A DNA stretch of 64,000 nt from an uncultured Candidatus Sumerlaeota bacterium. GTDB taxonomy: Bacteria; CAYMEV01. Within the stretch, counting starts at the first letter, position 1. Each line of letters starts with the position of its first letter. This document shows positions 20,936-30,193 of this stretch, piece after piece. The notes beneath the pieces were generated by a model that was not told the origin of the DNA, made no database searches, and worked only from the letters and a program-made list of their open reading frames with translations. The stretch is taken from positions 156,539 to 220,538 of the forward strand of contig CAYMEV010000001.1 of the NCBI GenBank assembly GCA_964389675.1, given 5' to 3'. The translations under genes and the position numbers were made by a program.

Positions 20936-22669
20936 CTAAATATTTAGTTCTTCTGGAAATTTATCCAGCAGTGATGAAATAGGCAAAATGGCAGACTGAC
21001 CCAGTGCGCAGAGTGAGGTTTCTTTCATTGTTCGGGCTGCCTGAAGAATAATATCCCATTCATTTCCTTTAAGGTTTTTCTTTTTTTCTATATTATTCAA
21101 AAGTTTCAGGATAGTAGCATTGCCGGCCCTGCAGGGGATACATTTCCCGCAGGACTCATGGAGGAAGAACTCAACCTGATTTTTAAGGACATCAAACAGG
21201 GAATCATCCTCATCCATTACCATAATTGCCCCTGAACCCAGAACCGCACCATTTGCAAGAAGATTTTCATAATCCATTTTTACATCCAGCATCTTTTCAT
21301 TTACAAAAGCTCCCGCTGCTCCTCCCAGGAGGGCTGCCTTAAACCTTTTGCCATCCTTTATGCCTCCTCCGAAATCATATATGAGGGTCTTTAATGTTGT
21401 TCCCATAGGTACTTCAACAATGCCAGGGTTTTTAACCTTTCCGCTTAGGACAAAGATCTTGGTTCCGGGTGATTTTTCCGTTCCAAAGCTCTTAAACCAG
21501 CCGGCTCCTTTTTTGATAATGGAAGGTATATTCGCCAGGGTTTCCACATTATTTACAATTGTCGGGACCTGCCATATACCCTTTTGCCCCGGGAATGGTG
21601 GTTTTACCCTTGAATTGCCGCGATGACCCTCGAGGGACTCTATCAAAGCCGTTTCTTCTCCAACTACATATGATCCTGCACCAATACTTACATCTATGCT
21701 GAAATTGAAACCGCTGTTCATAATGGATTTTCCAAGAAATCCTTTCGATTCTGCCTGTTCTATGGCTTTTTTAATCCTTTCTATAGATCTGTAATATTCA
21801 CCGCGAATATAGATATGCCCCTTAACTGCACCTATTGCATAACCTGCAATTGCCATCCCTTCAATAACCTTGTGAGGGTCGCCCTCCATCAGAGGCCTGT
21901 CCTTGAATGTGCCGGGTTCGCCTTCATCCGCATTGCAGAGCACGAACTTCTCTCCCTTCAGGGGGGCAGTGAAGCTCCATTTCAGCCCGGCAGGGAAACC
22001 TGCTCCTCCCCTGCCCCTTAGGCAGGAGTTCTTAACCTCTTCTATTACTGCTGAAGGGTCCATGCTAAGTGCCTTCCTTAACCCTTCATAGCCGCCACTT
22101 CGGATATAATCATCTATGCTTTCAGGATCTATCTCTCCAAAATTATCGAGAAGAATCCTGGTCTGCCTGTCAACTTGCAGCATAGTATCACTCTGGTCAG
22201 ACTCATTTACATATCGTTCATTTCGCCTCAGGTCTTCAAGGATCCTGTGAATTTTCTCTGCTGTAAGGTTTCCATAGATGCTTCTATTGATCATCATTGC
22301 AGGCGCCATTCCGCAAACACCCAGGCAGGCTGTCTTTTCCAGGGTGAAAAGCCTGTCCGGTGTTGTTTCTCCAGCTGATACCCCGAGAGATTTCTCAAGT
22401 ACATCAACCAGGTTATCACTGCCCATTATATGGCAGGAGACAGATTCACAAACCCTTATTAGATACTTTCCCCTGGGTTTCAGGGAAAACATGGTATAAA
22501 AGCTTATGACACCATAGATCTTTACAATGGGAATATTCAGAAATCTGTGTATTTCATAAATATCATCATCGCAAAGGTAATGTTCCGGATGATTGTCCTG
22601 AACATCATGCAGAATAGGTATAAGATTTTCCTCTGAAGGTGTATATTTTTTAAGGATTTCCTTTATCAT
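20936..22669 (-). CDS. NuoE-NuoF fused diaphorase subunit of an NAD-dependent formate dehydrogenase
   Basis: NuoE part VCESVSC...ACLGVC; NuoF part LRGRGGAGFP, NADEGEPGTFKDR, GEETAL, NNVET and ESCGKCIPCR..SLC. Confidence 0.9.
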   Translation of the reverse strand: MIKEILKKYTPSEENLIPILHDVQDNHPEHYLCDDDIYEIHRFLNIPIVKIYGVISFYTMFSLKPRGKYLIRVCESVSCHIMGSDNLVDVLEKSLGVSAGETTPDRLFTLEKTACLGVCGMAPAMMINRSIYGNLTAEKIHRILEDLRRNERYVNESDQSDTMLQVDRQTRILLDNFGEIDPESIDDYIRSGGYEGLRKALSMDPSAVIEEVKNSCLRGRGGAGFPAGLKWSFTAPLKGEKFVLCNADEGEPGTFKDRPLMEGDPHKVIEGMAIAGYAIGAVKGHIYIRGEYYRSIERIKKAIEQAESKGFLGKSIMNSGFNFSIDVSIGAGSYVVGEETALIESLEGHRGNSRVKPPFPGQKGIWQVPTIVNNVETLANIPSIIKKGAGWFKSFGTEKSPGTKIFVLSGKVKNPGIVEVPMGTTLKTLIYDFGGGIKDGKRFKAALLGGAAGAFVNEKMLDVKMDYENLLANGAVLGSGAIMVMDEDDSLFDVLKNQVEFFLHESCGKCIPCRAGNATILKLLNNIEKKKNLKGNEWDIILQAARTMKETSLCALGQSAILPISSLLDKFPEELNI

Positions 22670-22882
22670 ATTATCCTCCTGTTTTATTTCTTTTTATTCA
22701 ATCAAATATTTATCCTGTAATGCAATAATGTCAATATTAATATATCTGAGCCACTGGAATGATAATGATTGCTCGACAACAATGCCAGCCAAGGCCTTTT
22801 TATTGAGATCATATTTCTTTTTAATCCTTTCTCCGTTCTTTCCCCTGAAATGAAAAAATTTATAAGCCTTTGCCAGAATATA

Positions 22883-23965
22883 TCAGTACCTCAGCAGAGC
22901 TGCAATAAACCCGTTTTTGCTCAGCTGGTCGATCCTGTCTGCAAATTCAATACGGGCAGAGGTTTTGCAGGCCCATTCAGTGATCTCATTAATCATATCA
23001 ACAGAAAATACATCCTCTGAACTGCATTTGGGGCACGGGCCTGTTTCATTCCGGCTTAAATGCCCGCAGGCTCTGCACCTGGTTCCCGATGGCCTGTAAT
23101 CCCTGTCAACCAGTACAGCATCAACCCTGCCTGTCATGATATTATCCAGAACATCCTTTAATCCCATTACAGCCAGGCTGCCGGACATATACCTAGAACT
23201 GATCTTCTGCCACATGTCAGCTTCTTCCTCGCGTTCCAGAGAGGTGAACAGCCTGTAGATCTCATCATCAGCATCATCCTGCTTGAGATCGATTATTTGA
23301 TCCTCGAAAAGCTTATCCCTGAACATTGCAGGCAATTCCTGCTTTAAGTGGATCAGGATCTCCCTTGCTCCTACCATCAGTATCCTTGAAAAATCATGCT
23401 CCCTGTCCAAAACCTGAAGATAATCAATAATATCCTGCACATAGTGGTGGAGTTCCTTGTCTCTTCTTCTTTCATACCTTTGCTGTGACCATCCTCCTAC
23501 CCTGACATGATTTTTAATATCACCCCTGATCACTTTCTTATCATGCTCCTTCAGCGCTGAAACCATAAATACCCTGGCTTTTTCATTATCAGCAACTATC
23601 ACTGCAAAATCCTCATACTCATCCTTGATCTCTGCCAGTGGCTTTATAAAAGGGGATGAATCTACGACCACTTTGTCAGGGACAGGGATCTCCAGTTTAT
23701 GACAGTTTACAAAATCCATCAGCCAGCATATAAAAAATACATAGCTGCCTGACATGCTGCTATCCTTTTTCATCTGTTCATATAAAAGCCTGACGTTTTC
23801 CTGATATATTTGCTTTTCATCGGGATGGGCAATAAGACTGCCGATATTATCTATTCTTTTCCCTATATTGCCGGGAGATTTGATATCTTCAATATAGACT
23901 GTGAGAAATGCCCTTTCCTTTGAAGAAACATCAGAAAGTTTTCTTAAATCAATTTCGCTGATCAT
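22883..23965 (-). CDS. Bacterial eRF1/aRF1-like (baeRF-type) release factor homologue
   Basis: GGWSQQRYERRR loop, RNase H-like core, L7Ae-like C-terminal domain with a CRAC..CPKC ribbon, terminal IAALLRY. Confidence 0.75.
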   Translation of the reverse strand: MISEIDLRKLSDVSSKERAFLTVYIEDIKSPGNIGKRIDNIGSLIAHPDEKQIYQENVRLLYEQMKKDSSMSGSYVFFICWLMDFVNCHKLEIPVPDKVVVDSSPFIKPLAEIKDEYEDFAVIVADNEKARVFMVSALKEHDKKVIRGDIKNHVRVGGWSQQRYERRRDKELHHYVQDIIDYLQVLDREHDFSRILMVGAREILIHLKQELPAMFRDKLFEDQIIDLKQDDADDEIYRLFTSLEREEEADMWQKISSRYMSGSLAVMGLKDVLDNIMTGRVDAVLVDRDYRPSGTRCRACGHLSRNETGPCPKCSSEDVFSVDMINEITEWACKTSARIEFADRIDQLSKNGFIAALLRY

Positions 23966-24106
23966 TACATATCCTTTACTTATTTATTTTTCGTGGCCTG
24001 CTTCATAAAATTTTCAGCCATTGAAAGCTTTTAACTCAACCGTTATGCTTTACTGCAGAACAGTTTATTGAATGTTCCCCTGGTTCTGTTTTCTTTATTT
24101 AAGGTT

Positions 24107-26653
24107 TCAGTCCACTGTAATTGATTTGCTTACATTTTTGGGGACATCAGGGTGCACTCCATGATTCTCTACCCTGCTTTTGTTGAGGTATTTCATCTTT
24201 GCTACGCTCATCTTAAAGGCAAGAAGCTGAAGTATCACAGCCGCCTGAAAGACAAATATGTTTTTATCCCCTGTTTTCGGTATTTCAATGTATTTATGCC
24301 AATAATCCCCGTCAGAGGACGGTTTCGTACTGACAGCTGAATTAAGGTCTTCATCGTACTCCGCTATGAGTAATATATCTGCTCCCCTTATCTTGTGCGT
24401 ATTTATCTGGGATATCGTTATTCTCCTGTCCCTGTCATCAGGAGGGCAGACAAATACCAGGGGGTAGTTTGAGAAGAACTTCTCAATATCTATCTTTTCT
24501 GTATAGAGATTGTATATCTTCCTGAACCTTTCCCTGCTTTTTCCCCTGCTAAGAAAAAGGGACGAGGCAAATTTTTCATCTATCTTCCGGAATTTAAAGT
24601 TTTTTGCCATATTCAGATAATTCCTGACTGAATCTTCCCTGGTTTTTTCTTCCCTGAAAAAACCGGAAATATAAAGCTGTTCAACCATCTCCAGCATGCC
24701 CCCCAGCAAAAGCTCCATATCCTGCATTGAGAATATGGTGTTTTTCCCGAGTATTGTATTGGGGCCGTGCTTAAACTCAGCTGAATCATAACCCTCTGTA
24801 TGATTCAGCACAACCTCGCGGATTTTTAATGCACCCTCCTTTGCCAGACCAGTAAGAGAGGTTCCAAGAATATGCATGGAAGATTTCATATAGAGCTTAT
24901 ATGCAGCATCTGATACAGGGATATCTGAATTGTTAAGCGTAAAATCAAAATAATATTTAATCCTGCGGAGATTATCAAGCACATTCTCTTCTTTCATATT
25001 TATCATTGCAGCCAGCACATAGAAAATAGCCAGCTGGCTGATAAATGATTTTGTGGCTGCCACAGCGATCTCGCTTCCGCACATTATAGGAAGGTAATAA
25101 TCGCTTTTTTCCTGAGGCAGGGTTGAGTTCTCATTATTTACAATGGTAACAAGGGTTACATCCTGATACGCTGAACTGACTTCACAGAAGATATCCACCA
25201 GGTCCTTGGTCTCTCCGCTCTGACTTACCCCTATAATTATGTCATTGCTTTTTATGGCATTCATATACCCGGCCCTGAAGAATCCAGGATTTGCTATAAC
25301 GACAGGTATGCTTGCCATATTATTGAAAAAATAGCCTGCAGTAAGTGCAGCATGGTAAGATGTCCCGCTCGCCACTATATAAATGCTCCCGCCTTTTGCA
25401 TTGCAGTCCCTGAGCTGACTTATAAGCCTGTCCCTGTATTTGATAATTGTCCTTTTCTTCTTCCAGATCAGCATTGTATCTATCATCCAGAGTTCCGGGA
25501 AATATTTGTCATCTATGCCAAGAAGCTCTTCTAATAGCGCTGTTTCCTCGGATTTAAAGCTGAAGTGCCTGGGGTCAGCCATGAATTTTTTGAGTTTTGA
25601 AAATATACTGCAGAAGGATTTATTCTCCCTTATAAGTTCAAATTCCCTTGCAAGCTCCTTCTTATCATATACATCAAATAAAGAAAGCAGGGAATAGAGC
25701 ATATGCCTCGCGTCATCCTTACAGCCCTCAAGTATTGCATGGACATCCCTTTCACAGGGATCATTAAAATAATAGAGCATTATATTATCAATGTTTCTGG
25801 GTGCTGTATATATCTCCTGCTCCATAAAAAAGTGGTACTTGGGCTGAAGCTGGATATCTGCTATGTTCAGCCTGCTCCTGGACAGCCTGCTTACCCATTC
25901 CCTGTCTTCCGACAGGGAGAACTGGCGGTAATCAGCATGATCAAAATATATGCCTTCACCCTCATTCATGGGTATGAGAAATCTTGTTTTTGATAATACG
26001 GAGGTCAGATCGCTTGATACGACAATGAAATTTCCTGCATTATCAGTACCCTTGCCTGCATAAAGCGAGGAGCCTGCTTTAATTGCAAAGACCCCCGGTA
26101 TGCCAGGGAGTGTCAGGCACGCGGCATAACTGCCTTCTATCATCTTCTGGGCCTTTTTGATCGCTTTTATGAATAGATTTATCCTGTCAGGAGCTTTCGC
26201 CTTTTTTTCCTTAAGCAGATTAAGATGATAAAAATGCTCGACAAGGTGGACAAGCATCTCCCCGTCATTGTCCGAAAGCACATTATGGCCGTTTTCTGTA
26301 AGAAAATCCTTCAGTTTCCAGGTATTGCTTATATTACCGTTATGAGCCCCCACCATGTGTTCATAGCATTTCACTTCATGAGGCTGGGCATTAAGATTGG
26401 TTACAGCTCCGTAGGTTGCCCACCTTACCTGACCGATGAACTTACATCCGGCAAGGCTTGTCATTTCAAGCTCTTCAATAACCCTGGAAGGAGCACCGAC
26501 CTTTTTCCTCAGCAGGACTTCTCCGTCCCTTTTTATAAATGCTCCGCCAGTTGAATCATAACCGCGATATTCAAGCTTTTTCAGAAGGGCAGAGCCCTTC
26601 TCCCCAAGCTCTTTATTATCCATTGAATATACTATTGAAACCACTCCGCACAT
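24107..26653 (-). CDS. glmS: Glutamine-fructose-6-phosphate transaminase (isomerizing), long variant
   Basis: Likely start M-CGVV at 26653 (GGAG RBS; N-terminal nucleophile Cys); LEYRGYDS, RWAT.G, HNG, SQSGET, AVAATKS, EGALKIRE, EFKHGP and PKNVSKSITVD. Confidence 0.85.
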   Translation of the reverse strand: MCGVVSIVYSMDNKELGEKGSALLKKLEYRGYDSTGGAFIKRDGEVLLRKKVGAPSRVIEELEMTSLAGCKFIGQVRWATYGAVTNLNAQPHEVKCYEHMVGAHNGNISNTWKLKDFLTENGHNVLSDNDGEMLVHLVEHFYHLNLLKEKKAKAPDRINLFIKAIKKAQKMIEGSYAACLTLPGIPGVFAIKAGSSLYAGKGTDNAGNFIVVSSDLTSVLSKTRFLIPMNEGEGIYFDHADYRQFSLSEDREWVSRLSRSRLNIADIQLQPKYHFFMEQEIYTAPRNIDNIMLYYFNDPCERDVHAILEGCKDDARHMLYSLLSLFDVYDKKELAREFELIRENKSFCSIFSKLKKFMADPRHFSFKSEETALLEELLGIDDKYFPELWMIDTMLIWKKKRTIIKYRDRLISQLRDCNAKGGSIYIVASGTSYHAALTAGYFFNNMASIPVVIANPGFFRAGYMNAIKSNDIIIGVSQSGETKDLVDIFCEVSSAYQDVTLVTIVNNENSTLPQEKSDYYLPIMCGSEIAVAATKSFISQLAIFYVLAAMINMKEENVLDNLRRIKYYFDFTLNNSDIPVSDAAYKLYMKSSMHILGTSLTGLAKEGALKIREVVLNHTEGYDSAEFKHGPNTILGKNTIFSMQDMELLLGGMLEMVEQLYISGFFREEKTREDSVRNYLNMAKNFKFRKIDEKFASSLFLSRGKSRERFRKIYNLYTEKIDIEKFFSNYPLVFVCPPDDRDRRITISQINTHKIRGADILLIAEYDEDLNSAVSTKPSSDGDYWHKYIEIPKTGDKNIFVFQAAVILQLLAFKMSVAKMKYLNKSRVENHGVHPDVPKNVSKSITVD

Positions 26654-26806
26654 CAGCCGGTTCTCCAAATTCTTTTTGCCGCATTACAGCTGTCTTTTTA
26701 CAGGCCTGTATTATTAGTTAATCGGATGAATATGCTAAACACTTTTGCTGGATTTTTAAAGAAAAAAACTGCACCCTGGTCTCTTCAAAACATTAAAATT
26801 TTTTGA

Positions 26807-28966
26807 TCAGATCTTCTGTTTCACCCTGTAATTTTTGGAAAACTCAGATGTATTACCTTCCTGGTCAGTTGCTGTCCCGGTTATTATCAGAGGATATACA
26901 TTATAGAAAATTTCAGGGGGTATGGTGATATTGAACCTGCCCTGAGCGTTTGAAACGACTGTCCCGATATACTGTCTGCCCTGGCCGTATTGCCAGGGGA
27001 ATGGTATATCTGCGACATATACATCAATTGTACAGGAAGGCATTGAAAATCCGCTTATATTGTTTACTGCCTGCTTTCCGAATACCGGGAAGAATATCCT
27101 CTTATTAGGGCCATTCCCATAATAATCGGGATCATTTTGTGTAACTCCTTCATTGCCCAGGTCAATGCCCAGCTGCCCGTTATTATTAAAGCTGTTCCCC
27201 CTGATGGTGTTATACAGGGTAGATGTGTCTGTGGGCCAGGTACCTACGGTAACCCCATTTCTCTGGTTATGCATTATCTTATTTATATGAACAAAATCCG
27301 GATCACCTATAACATTATATGAAGATCCATTCTGAAGCCTGATGCCGTCTATACCGTTCCCAAGCTGCGTATTCTCGTTCAAACCGCAGCCAATGTGGTT
27401 TCCGTAGAAGAAGTTATTTACTGTAGCGCTGCCACCTGTTCTTACCCCTGAATTGTTATTTCCTGAAATAATATTCCTGTAATTGACATTCAACCCTCCA
27501 ATGGTATTATGGTTTGAACCATTATCAAGCAGTATTCCATCAAGTGCATTCCCCCTGTCATAGCTTGATGTGGCATCAGTACCTATACGGTTTCCCCTGA
27601 TAAAATTATTCTGAGACAGCTGTCCGTTGGAAGGATTGTGAGTCAGGACTATGCCGTACTGCTGGTTGGCAGAGATTGTATTTCCTTCTGATTCGTAAAT
27701 ACCGCCTATCTGAGTATTCTTCGCTCCTGAAAGGTATATGCCATGGGTTCCGTTTCCCCTCGGGGTATTATAATCTATGGCAAGGCCTATTGAATTTGCC
27801 TTAACAGTGCAGAAACTGGAAGTAATCCTTACTCCGTAGAGCGTATTTGATGATATGATATTGGATAAAATGTTTGTATAGTGTGAGTATTCACTGATAT
27901 TAATGCCGGAATCGTTAGGGGCTGAATTTACTCCATTGGCCATAAGGCCTATTATATTATTCGATATGGTATTGCCCATTGAATACTGATGCAGGCATAT
28001 TATGCCGGCTGAGCCATTTCCTGAAATTACATTGCCTGCTACAGTATTATAGCCTGATTTGAAAAAGGCAATACCATAGCTTCCATTTCCCACCATGGCA
28101 TTGCCGTTAATATTCAGTCCGATATAATTGCCCGATATAGTATTGTCCCTGGTGTCATTATCCCCGTTTTTCTCAAGCCTGATACCATCAACAGTGTTTC
28201 CCGATATTATGTTTCTCTCTGATGGGTCCGTACCGCCTATCTGGGTATTTTTTATCCCGTTTATAAGGAGTATGCCCTCATAATTAGGTACTGCATACTG
28301 GCCTCCCCTGTTAAGGCCTATAATATTGCCTTTTATCTGGTTGCCTGTGCACACACCCGGGATCACTCCGCCGCCAACCTGTTCCAGAATGCCTATGGCT
28401 GCATTTTCGTTGCCGGATAAAAGGCAGTTCCGTATTATATTATTATTGCTGTTCTCCACCAGCATAATACCACCGTAATTGGGGTGGCCCTGAGATGCTT
28501 GTGAGGCTGAACCATCTGAATTTGTACCGAAATAGCAATACTCTATGATATTATTGGATGCATAATATACTACAATTCCCCTCTCAAAGTTATTGAAAAC
28601 AAGGCCCCTTATGGTAATGTTTTCAAGCGGTTCTTCCAGGCTGTAGTTTATCTTAATGCCGTTTATACTGCCATTCCCCTTCAGTATAACATCAGGGTAG
28701 TAATCTGAACCGGAGACAAGGCCGTCAATTGTAGTATTGCTTTTCTGCATCGGCAGTTCACTTGTAAGGTTTATCGTTATCGGATAAGACAGCCCGGATG
28801 AAAATGTTATTGTATTATATGTATCTCCGTTCTGATTAGCAGTAAGGACTGCCTGGTAAAGGCTCCCGGCTCCTGATGAATTGGTGTTGGTAACGGTAAT
28901 TGTAGCCCCGTAAACAGGAATTATAAGGATTGCCAGGATTATGACTGAAATTATCATTTTCATCAT
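26807..28966 (-). CDS. Secreted right-handed parallel beta-helix repeat protein
   Basis: Signal peptide; VTNTNSSGAGSL start; many NIISGN/GNxIG/GI repeats; C-terminal TATDQEGNTSEFS. Confidence 0.75.
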   Translation of the reverse strand: MMKMIISVIILAILIIPVYGATITVTNTNSSGAGSLYQAVLTANQNGDTYNTITFSSGLSYPITINLTSELPMQKSNTTIDGLVSGSDYYPDVILKGNGSINGIKINYSLEEPLENITIRGLVFNNFERGIVVYYASNNIIEYCYFGTNSDGSASQASQGHPNYGGIMLVENSNNNIIRNCLLSGNENAAIGILEQVGGGVIPGVCTGNQIKGNIIGLNRGGQYAVPNYEGILLINGIKNTQIGGTDPSERNIISGNTVDGIRLEKNGDNDTRDNTISGNYIGLNINGNAMVGNGSYGIAFFKSGYNTVAGNVISGNGSAGIICLHQYSMGNTISNNIIGLMANGVNSAPNDSGINISEYSHYTNILSNIISSNTLYGVRITSSFCTVKANSIGLAIDYNTPRGNGTHGIYLSGAKNTQIGGIYESEGNTISANQQYGIVLTHNPSNGQLSQNNFIRGNRIGTDATSSYDRGNALDGILLDNGSNHNTIGGLNVNYRNIISGNNNSGVRTGGSATVNNFFYGNHIGCGLNENTQLGNGIDGIRLQNGSSYNVIGDPDFVHINKIMHNQRNGVTVGTWPTDTSTLYNTIRGNSFNNNGQLGIDLGNEGVTQNDPDYYGNGPNKRIFFPVFGKQAVNNISGFSMPSCTIDVYVADIPFPWQYGQGRQYIGTVVSNAQGRFNITIPPEIFYNVYPLIITGTATDQEGNTSEFSKNYRVKQKI

Positions 28967-29050
28967 GTTAAACTCCTTTTAATATAGCACTCTATATTAT
29001 ATACTATAGTACCCGGGAGTATGTTTTCCAATCTTTTTTAAGACCAGGTT

Positions 29051-29413
29051 TTATTTGTTTTTAACCCTGATAACTGTTTTCAGGTTTCCCCTCGGGTTAA
29101 AGTCACCGATTACCTCGAGCAGGCGGGGTTCTATCAGGTCATTTATGCTGTCATAGACTGTATTGACGGCATCCTCGTGAGAGATGCTTCTGTCCCTGAA
29201 GCTGTTTAAGAAAAGCTTCAGCGATTTCAGTTCAACAATATATTTGTCAGGAATATAGTTGATTTTAATTTCAGCAAAATCGGGATAACCTGATCTTGGG
29301 CATTTACACGTAAACTCAGGGAAACTGAGCTCTATGGTGTAATCCCTGCCGGGAAAGCTGTTCTCCCATTTTTCAAGGCAATTTTCCACTATAGCCTTTT
29401 CGCCGTATTTCAT
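29051..29413 (-). CDS. queF: NADPH-dependent preQ0 reductase (type I QueF)
   Basis: [32 protein letters not shown] and FNPRG. Confidence 0.93.
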   Translation of the reverse strand: MKYGEKAIVENCLEKWENSFPGRDYTIELSFPEFTCKCPRSGYPDFAEIKINYIPDKYIVELKSLKLFLNSFRDRSISHEDAVNTVYDSINDLIEPRLLEVIGDFNPRGNLKTVIRVKNK

Positions 29414-29422
29414 TTCATTACC

Positions 29423-30193
29423 TCACTGCAGATATTTGGATGTAATATGGAATATATTTTCAGTTTTAACCCAGCCGACTATACCGTTAGGAAGGGTTAT
29501 CCTGAGATAATCACCGCGCTTCTCCGATACCCTGACCATTGTCCCGTCATTTATCATGGCCAGGCTTACCATTCCGGGGTCGGGTCCATTCCTGACATTT
29601 GTCTGATCTGATATGACCACTCCGATTGAAGGGTTATTATACAGTTTATAAGATGATCTGTAGAATGGAAAGATTATTAGTGCTGTCATCATCAGAGACA
29701 GCATTATCAGAAAAATGCTTTTAAGCCTCAGGTTGAAAAATATAAAATAAATTATGAATAACAGCATAAACAGGCTTATTACTGAATAGAAGACAATATT
29801 CCAGGTTGAAAACGTAAATGACTTCACTATTTTTTCATAAAAATCATATATGAAGAAACTGTATCTCTGATCAAACCTGTCTTTCAGCCTGCTCTCGATT
29901 ATATCAGTATTATATTCTATATCCCGGTTACGGGGCTCATACATTCCTGCTATAATGAAATAAGCCCGTGAAAGCCCCAGCTCACCTTTCTTATAATATG
30001 AACAGCCGATATTGTAAAAAAGCCCTGCTGACCTGTATCCCTCACGGTATATCTCATCATATATATCTATTGCTTTCTGATAATCACCCTGCTTGTATAG
30101 TTCCTCAGCCCTGCTGAACATGCTCTGGTAATCCTTTCCATAGGCTATTGCCGCTGAAAGAAGGATAACTATTATAGATACCAGCTTTTTCAT
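29423..30193 (-). CDS. batE: BatE-like TPR/transmembrane/SH3b protein
   Basis: Signal peptide, TPR (YNIG..YYK.G), two transmembrane helices, SH3b-like VRNGP...GIVGWV; last bat gene. Confidence 0.75.
   Translation of the reverse strand: MKKLVSIIVILLSAAIAYGKDYQSMFSRAEELYKQGDYQKAIDIYDEIYREGYRSAGLFYNIGCSYYKKGELGLSRAYFIIAGMYEPRNRDIEYNTDIIESRLKDRFDQRYSFFIYDFYEKIVKSFTFSTWNIVFYSVISLFMLLFIIYFIFFNLRLKSIFLIMLSLMMTALIIFPFYRSSYKLYNNPSIGVVISDQTNVRNGPDPGMVSLAMINDGTMVRVSEKRGDYLRITLPNGIVGWVKTENIFHITSKYLQ

Noticed and set aside
22770-22790. Sigma54 promoter for the FDH operon (TGGCA on the minus strand)
   Set aside because: GG-N10 is followed by GA, not the required GC.
26654-26806. glmS ribozyme
   Set aside because: No AGCGCC...GACGAGG core on the minus strand upstream of glmS.
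29414-29422. preQ1 riboswitch before queF
   Set aside because: Only 9 bp of intergenic sequence.
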